Positions 58,719 through 64,000 of a stretch of DNA of 64,000 nucleotides are shown here, piece after piece; within the stretch, counting starts at the first letter, position 1; every line of letters starts with the position of its first letter. A program made the translations under genes and the position numbers. The DNA is taken from the IMG/VR virus record IMGVR_UViG_3300049491_000418, positions 32,001-96,000 of that record; one strand, 5' to 3'. Source of the stretch: a virus. The notes under the pieces were generated by a model that saw nothing but the letters and a program-made list of their open reading frames with translations, was not told the origin of the DNA and made no database searches.

Positions 58719-58987
58719 ATTGATTTTAATTTATTATAAATTGTTATAAATGAAATAAATCCTAAAGTTCTATTTAAGAATTCCCATCTATTTTCACCAT
58801 TTAAAAAATAATAACCTCCTTGAAGTTTAGCTATTCTGCTTGAGTTAAGTCCATTACAAGAACAAAAACCTTCTAATGCTTTCATATTATCCACAGTACT
58901 TTCTGAAAATACCATTGTAAATATATTATTAGCATAAATAGGTAAATACCCCTCTTCAATTGTTTTTAATTTATTAAATTTTTGCAT
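58715..58987 (-). CDS. Hypothetical protein
   Basis: 90-aa ORF. Confidence 0.55.
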   Translation of the reverse strand: MQKFNKLKTIEEGYLPIYANNIFTMVFSESTVDNMKALEGFCSCNGLNSSRIAKLQGGYYFLNGENRWEFLNRTLGFISFITIYNKLKSI

Positions 58988-58991
58988 AGTC

Positions 58992-59618
58992 TCAAATATC
59001 TGTGCCCCCTCTAGGAGCTTGTTGATCTTCTATTACAACTGGCCCTTTGTCCAGCATTTCTATAAAAGGAACATAATGGTCTTTATCTAAGAAAGTATAA
59101 CTGTTCTGTAGATAAGTGAGTTCATTAGTTTTCTTTTTTACTGAAGCATTTTTCTTCAGTGTTACCACAAGTTTTGTAGCATCAATAATCTGTCGGGCAG
59201 TATAAGTACCTTCATTAATAATAGCATTGAATTTGAGCTTACATTTTTCCTTTTGAACTCTCATTCCTCTACTACCAGTAAAGACTCTTCCTTGATGTTC
59301 AAAATGATCAGTGCTTGGAAAAGCTTCCCACCATTCATCAAACTCTTTAGTAGATGCTTTTTTCTTAACAATTGCTGTTGCTATCTTGGTATTCATAAAA
59401 TCAAGCAACTCATAACCAATGACAGTAAGTTTGTTTTCCTCATTGATAAGAAATTTTCTTAATAAGGTTTGATGCATACCCTCTAATTTAGGGTTACCTT
59501 TAATAAGAGCCTCTGTATCATGGCCCTCCTTAATTAACATTAATAGAAACACATAATCAAGGCTTAGACCTTTCTTCAATAGTTCTAGAAAATGTTCTTT
59601 TGTTAGCTTTATCATCAT
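58992..59618 (-). CDS. Hypothetical protein, possibly DNA-binding or replication-related
   Basis: Contains FDEWWEAFP and YLQNSYTFL, as in phage replication-initiator-like C-termini. Confidence 0.5.
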   Translation of the reverse strand: MMIKLTKEHFLELLKKGLSLDYVFLLMLIKEGHDTEALIKGNPKLEGMHQTLLRKFLINEENKLTVIGYELLDFMNTKIATAIVKKKASTKEFDEWWEAFPSTDHFEHQGRVFTGSRGMRVQKEKCKLKFNAIINEGTYTARQIIDATKLVVTLKKNASVKKKTNELTYLQNSYTFLDKDHYVPFIEMLDKGPVVIEDQQAPRGGTDI

Positions 59619-59742
59619 CTTTATCCCATTTAATTTTTACTACTATTTTTGCTGGAAGTCTTTCACTACCTAAAAAGTTAGAACCATCCTCAAGTTTGAA
59701 TGATTGTTCTCTATTTTCTTTTTCCCAATCTTCATAATTCAT
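59557..59742 (-). CDS. Hypothetical protein
   Basis: 61-aa ORF. Confidence 0.5.
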   Translation of the reverse strand: MNYEDWEKENREQSFKLEDGSNFLGSERLPAKIVVKIKWDKDDDKANKRTFSRTIEERSKP

Positions 59743-59744
59743 AA

Positions 59745-60005
59745 TTAGTCTTTTACTCTTAGTCCATAAGCAAAATCAAACCAATCAAATATACTAGTTG
59801 CTTTTGCTCTGTTAACTTTGAAGATTTTCTTGATTAAATCAATAGAATACTTTTTAAATTCCTCATGTTGAACCTTGGTCATAGTAATATTGGTATACCA
59901 TTCCATATCATCAAGAGTATCCATCATTGTTTTACCAACTATTTCTAGTTCTTTTTCCACAAGATGTCTAGCACAATTGTCTCTGTTTACCTTTATTTTT
60001 TCCAT
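59745..60005 (-). CDS. Hypothetical protein
   Basis: 86-aa ORF. Confidence 0.65.
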   Translation of the reverse strand: MEKIKVNRDNCARHLVEKELEIVGKTMMDTLDDMEWYTNITMTKVQHEEFKKYSIDLIKKIFKVNRAKATSIFDWFDFAYGLRVKD

Positions 60006-60232
60006 TACTCCTGATTTAATAAGTGAACTATTCTTGCTGGAGTTATACTATAGTCAACAAATAAAATTTGTTTTCCAATAAACCTAGGCTTTATTTCTTT
60101 AAATTTTGCTAATCCTTCTTCTAGAGAAGTAAAAGATACCCATCTATTGTTACCTGGCTTAATTAAACTTCCTTGAGAAGTAAATATATAAGCTTTAATA
60201 GGTCTGTCTTTTCTTATTCTTGTTTCTTCCAT
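60005..60232 (-). CDS. Hypothetical protein
   Basis: 75-aa ORF. Confidence 0.6.
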   Translation of the reverse strand: MEETRIRKDRPIKAYIFTSQGSLIKPGNNRWVSFTSLEEGLAKFKEIKPRFIGKQILFVDYSITPARIVHLLNQE

Positions 60233-60236
60233 TTTT

Positions 60237-62267
60237 CTATTTTTTAGCTTCTCCCCATGATGGACCTATGTCAGCATCTGCTTTGATTGTTAAATTAGTT
60301 AAATAATGATTACCTGCTTTAAGCATAGATTGTTCTACAGCTATTCTTGCTTTTTCTGCTAGTTCATCTATAGCTTCTGCAACAAGTTCATCATGTACAG
60401 AATTACACATAAGTACTTTCCATTGATAATTGTTCTCTATAATCCAATCAAATAGATAACAACCTGCTAGTTTAATCTGGTGAGCACCTCTTGTCTGAAC
60501 AGGATTGTTTAAACAAAGTCTGAAGTATTCTGATCTAAGTTTAAAGTATTTGGAAACAAAAACTTTCTTTTCTCTATAAATGGCTACACTTTCAGGGAAT
60601 TGATATTCATAATCTCTTCCTTTCTCCATTTCATCAAAACGTTTCTTATAGTCATTCTTTCCAATTTTATACTCCATCCAATCATCTTTGGTTATGGCAT
60701 CAACTTTAGCTTTCATTTCTATAAATTCATCATAGAAGGGAAGTCTTAATCTCCAACCATCAACAGATTCAATATAACCAACTTTAATGGCTGATTGAAA
60801 TACTTTTTCTCCCCAGGCATATAAGCCTGCATGTAAATTTTTGAAACCATCTTCAATTTCCTGAGCACGTTGTAATGGAATGCCTTCATTCATATGAATG
60901 GTAAAAGCATTTCCTCCATAAGACATTGCAAATCTAGGAGCCTTAGCAGCTGTTCTCTTGTCATTATGATTTTTCTTAATTTCATTATCAGTAAGTTCTT
61001 CTAGTTCAGGAAATAACACTCTAGCCAATAAGCTATGAAGATCTGCACCTTCTACAACAGATTTAGTCATAGCAGCATCTCCTGATAAATCAGCAACTAT
61101 TACAGTCTCTTGACCACTGTAGTCACAAACTATCATTTTCCATCCAGGACGTGATTTAAAACAACCTCTTGTAGCTTTGTCTGCAGGAAAATTGAGAAAA
61201 TTGATTTCTCCTCTCCTAGTGGATAGTCTAGCTGTATCTACCATTGGATTAAAATTGGTATAAATACGCTCATTCTCAATCTTCTTATAAATACTTTCTC
61301 CAAAGGTTGTTACCCTGTGATTAGCTACTTGAAATTTCAACCACTTTTCAACAAACTCATGTTTGGATTTACTAATAACATTTTCATTGATACTGTCCTT
61401 ACCATCTTTGTCTATTGTAGGTATACCAAATGCATTAAACACTTTAAGCATCTGAGCAGGAGAACTAACTGAAACAGTTATTTTCTTTAATCCTGTTTCA
61501 AACAAACTAAGTTGATTATTTGCAAACTTAGGAAGGTTATCATGAATATAGTCTTCTATTTCCTCTTTGAATTTATAAGAATCTCTAACATCATCTTCCA
61601 TTTTAGCTTTCCACAAATCACTGGATATTGGCATACCACATTGTTCCATATAAGCTAATGCCCTAACATATCTATAGTGTAATTCATAGGTAGCAAGACT
61701 ACCTCTTTTATCAAGTTTAGCATATAGTACATTATGTAAATCAAGGAGCCTGTCCACATCATTAAAAGAATACTCAATAGTGCTAGGTTGGCTAAGCTTG
61801 ACTAGGTGAATGTTTTTTTGTTCTGTCTTGTCATAAGTAATGTCCATTTCACGTTTCATGACATGACCAAAATCATGTCTTTCCCTAGGATCACCATTAT
61901 ACAAGATTTTACTAGCCAGCATAGTATCTCTTACTTCTTTAGGCCAAAAATCATATTTATAAAAGAAACCCAAGTCAAATAAAATGTTATGACCTACCAG
62001 GATTTTACCATCTATATAAGGTATTAAATCCTGAAATTCATAATTATCATCATACATGTGTATAATGTAATTGTTCTCTCCTGTACCAATTTGAGTACAG
62101 AATATATCACAATTTCTAGGCTGGAGACCAGTAGTTTCTGTATCTATTGCTATTTCATGTGGTAATACCATATCCTCTAAACCACAAAATCCTATCTTTC
62201 CCAATAAAATTGAGACAGACAGGATTTTTCTAAAAAAATCTGGATTCTTTGTAATGATGTAGTTCAT
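60237..62267 (-). CDS. polA: Family A DNA polymerase with 3'-5' exonuclease
   Basis: DTETTGL, HNILFD, YSFND, TARLS, DYSGQE (motif A), RTAAKAPRFAMSYG (motif B) and VHDE (motif C). Confidence 0.95.
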   Translation of the reverse strand: MNYIITKNPDFFRKILSVSILLGKIGFCGLEDMVLPHEIAIDTETTGLQPRNCDIFCTQIGTGENNYIIHMYDDNYEFQDLIPYIDGKILVGHNILFDLGFFYKYDFWPKEVRDTMLASKILYNGDPRERHDFGHVMKREMDITYDKTEQKNIHLVKLSQPSTIEYSFNDVDRLLDLHNVLYAKLDKRGSLATYELHYRYVRALAYMEQCGMPISSDLWKAKMEDDVRDSYKFKEEIEDYIHDNLPKFANNQLSLFETGLKKITVSVSSPAQMLKVFNAFGIPTIDKDGKDSINENVISKSKHEFVEKWLKFQVANHRVTTFGESIYKKIENERIYTNFNPMVDTARLSTRRGEINFLNFPADKATRGCFKSRPGWKMIVCDYSGQETVIVADLSGDAAMTKSVVEGADLHSLLARVLFPELEELTDNEIKKNHNDKRTAAKAPRFAMSYGGNAFTIHMNEGIPLQRAQEIEDGFKNLHAGLYAWGEKVFQSAIKVGYIESVDGWRLRLPFYDEFIEMKAKVDAITKDDWMEYKIGKNDYKKRFDEMEKGRDYEYQFPESVAIYREKKVFVSKYFKLRSEYFRLCLNNPVQTRGAHQIKLAGCYLFDWIIENNYQWKVLMCNSVHDELVAEAIDELAEKARIAVEQSMLKAGNHYLTNLTIKADADIGPSWGEAKK

Positions 62268-62283
62268 ATTCTTTATTAAAAGT

Positions 62284-62493
62284 TTACCAGTAATGTGCTA
62301 TACAGACTATAATAGCTTCTACTACAATAGCAAAATGTATTAATATCCAAAATACTGCATAATTAGCAGCATATATGTCCTTTCTCCATCCAGCAGGGCC
62401 AATTTTCCATTTACATCTATTAAGTTCTTTAATAGTGAAATAAGTCCATAGAATGTAACCAATTATAATTAATGGAAGGACAATGTATCTCAT
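62284..62493 (-). CDS. Small two-TM membrane protein
   Basis: Two hydrophobic helices. Confidence 0.6.
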   Translation of the reverse strand: MRYIVLPLIIIGYILWTYFTIKELNRCKWKIGPAGWRKDIYAANYAVFWILIHFAIVVEAIIVCIAHYW

Positions 62494-62924
62494 AATTCCT
62501 CTTCATTTTCAGGTTCACTAAGGTAAGAAATAATTACCTTACCATCATACAAAATTGGATCTCCTGTTTCATCAGACTCAATATTCATTATTCCACCATA
62601 CTGATTTATAATAATATTGATTTGTTCTTCCGTGATAGGCTTTAAAGTTCCACTACCATCATCAAACATTCCTATTTCTTCCTGTAGAGCAATAATCTCT
62701 CCATTATCTCCAGTGGAAATTATATTCAATACTATTGGACAACCATTTGATTTAATAAAATCATCTTCATCTTTAGGAGGAGCTTCAATAGTGAAAAAAT
62801 AAAGTTCTGGTTCTGGTAAACATGATGATAATTTTGTGATAAATGACATTCCAGCCAATAGTTTTGGTGGATTGTAGCTTGAGAGGATGAATTCACCTTC
62901 TACTAAATATTCTTCTTGTTCCAT
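62490..62924 (-). CDS. Hypothetical acidic protein
   Basis: 144-aa ORF. Confidence 0.65.
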   Translation of the reverse strand: MEQEEYLVEGEFILSSYNPPKLLAGMSFITKLSSCLPEPELYFFTIEAPPKDEDDFIKSNGCPIVLNIISTGDNGEIIALQEEIGMFDDGSGTLKPITEEQINIIINQYGGIMNIESDETGDPILYDGKVIISYLSEPENEEEL

Positions 62925-62942
62925 GTGTTGTTGATTTAAAGA

Positions 62943-63170
62943 TTATTTTTTTTCAAACTCTAATTTACTAATATCAGGCATATCTCTTAAGAAGTCAACA
63001 GATTTAAAATTATGATTATACTTCTTTTTTATTTCATTAGCCCTTAATTTAAAAGAACTATTATGACAAGGAGGAGTTTTAGGAAATTTTTCCCTAAGAG
63101 AATCAAGATTGTTAGGCACCACTCCTCCTATCCTAACATACCATTGCAAAAATTCTTCTAGTGTTTTCAT
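62943..63170 (-). CDS. Hypothetical protein
   Basis: 75-aa ORF. Confidence 0.55.
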   Translation of the reverse strand: MKTLEEFLQWYVRIGGVVPNNLDSLREKFPKTPPCHNSSFKLRANEIKKKYNHNFKSVDFLRDMPDISKLEFEKK

Positions 63171-63172
63171 GG

Positions 63173-63385
63173 TTATATTTTATTAAAAAATAATGGATTT
63201 TTGAGAAACATTCTCCTTTTTCTATTAAAAAATTTCTTAGCACCAACACCTAATTTATGAGGCAATACAGATTTAAAGACATGCTCATATCTTTCTCTTT
63301 CTTTTTTCTTCCAAGGATTTGTTCCTGACATTTTATCAGCTCTAGAACTAGCACTTTCTCCATGATGGCAATTTTTTGTTCTCAT
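63173..63385 (-). CDS. Hypothetical basic protein
   Basis: 70-aa ORF. Confidence 0.55.
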   Translation of the reverse strand: MRTKNCHHGESASSRADKMSGTNPWKKKERERYEHVFKSVLPHKLGVGAKKFFNRKRRMFLKNPLFFNKI

Positions 63386-63621
63386 AATTCATGTGTTAAA
63401 AATGCTTTAATTTTAGCAACAACTTCATCAAAATTTTCTCCTTCAAATCTCTGTTCTCCTTTGGTATTTTGATTTTCAAATTCTACAACACCATAAGCAG
63501 ACCATTTACCCTTCCATTCATCCCTATAAACAACCATAATTCTTTTTACAGATTCTTTATTAAAAGGCTGAGCTATTGTTCCACTTAATTTATTCTCTCT
63601 AATTTTAGTTAAATCACTCAT
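63382..63621 (-). CDS. Hypothetical protein
   Basis: 79-aa ORF. Confidence 0.6.
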   Translation of the reverse strand: MSDLTKIRENKLSGTIAQPFNKESVKRIMVVYRDEWKGKWSAYGVVEFENQNTKGEQRFEGENFDEVVAKIKAFLTHEL

Positions 63622-63991
63622 TCTTATAGGTTTTAATTAATTTATCTAATGCTATTAAACGTTTAATAGTAACATCCCTTTCTTTAAGTAAAGATGTAAA
63701 AAAAGTATCCTCTTCAGAATCTATAGGTGCTACTATTTGATTAATAACATGTTCAGCTTCTTTAGGAACTTGGTTAAATCCAAATGGAAGGTGATGATAT
63801 TCAGCAAATTTCTCCATTAAAGTGTAGATCTCCTTATCATCCTGTGAAAGATGATAGATTCCTCTTTCTTTAGCTTTAGCTACAAGAATTTTTGGTTCCT
63901 TGTGTCCATATCTTTGGATGAGAGACATTAATATCTCTCTTTTCACAGCTGCTGTTTTCTCAGCCATGACCAAATGTAGCATTAAACTCAT
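63614..63991 (-). CDS. Hypothetical protein
   Basis: 125-aa ORF at the window edge. Confidence 0.6.
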   Translation of the reverse strand: MSLMLHLVMAEKTAAVKREILMSLIQRYGHKEPKILVAKAKERGIYHLSQDDKEIYTLMEKFAEYHHLPFGFNQVPKEAEHVINQIVAPIDSEEDTFFTSLLKERDVTIKRLIALDKLIKTYKNE

Positions 63992-64000
63992 CCAAAACTT

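Noticed and set aside
1-64000. Stop-codon reassignment (TAG/TGA), as seen in some crAss-like phages
   Set aside because: Standard code gives near-complete coding density, including a 14-kb ORF. TAG (2251, 32632) and TGA (31919) end genes that are followed closely by new starts.
1-64000. tRNA or rRNA genes
   Set aside because: Intergenic gaps are short and I recognised no cloverleaf or rRNA signatures.

Overview
This 64 kb window is a large part of an AT-rich, strongly CpG-depleted crAss-like (Crassvirales-type) phage genome. Its promoter-like TAnnTTTG motifs suggest a Bacteroidota host. Two convergent modules meet at a bidirectional terminator near 34,470. The + strand (1-34,436) carries virion and late genes: a split tail-stabilisation-like gene, putative ejected cargo proteins, a 4,671-aa virion RNA polymerase (DFDID), a 1,631-aa protein with a nuclease domain, several poly-Thr proteins, a glycosyltransferase and a ferritin-like protein. 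The - strand (34,475-63,991) carries PolA, DnaB-like and SF2 helicases, primase, SSB, an AAA ATPase, RecA, an exonuclease, UDG, dUTPase, PhoH, GroES, rIIA/rIIB, phosphoesterases and homing endonucleases. The best candidate for an undescribed system is a phage-encoded protein O-glycosylation module. It consists of a GT96/GT95-like initiating transferase, an ABO-like GT6 and a methyltransferase, clustered with mucin-like poly-Thr structural proteins. Other notable signals are a likely programmed -1 frameshift at 37,298-37,304, a macro-like domain on the vRNAP C-terminus, repeated AxxG/xxGG motifs in cargo proteins, and a UDG lacking its catalytic His. All family assignments are from motif recognition by eye; no database searches were run.
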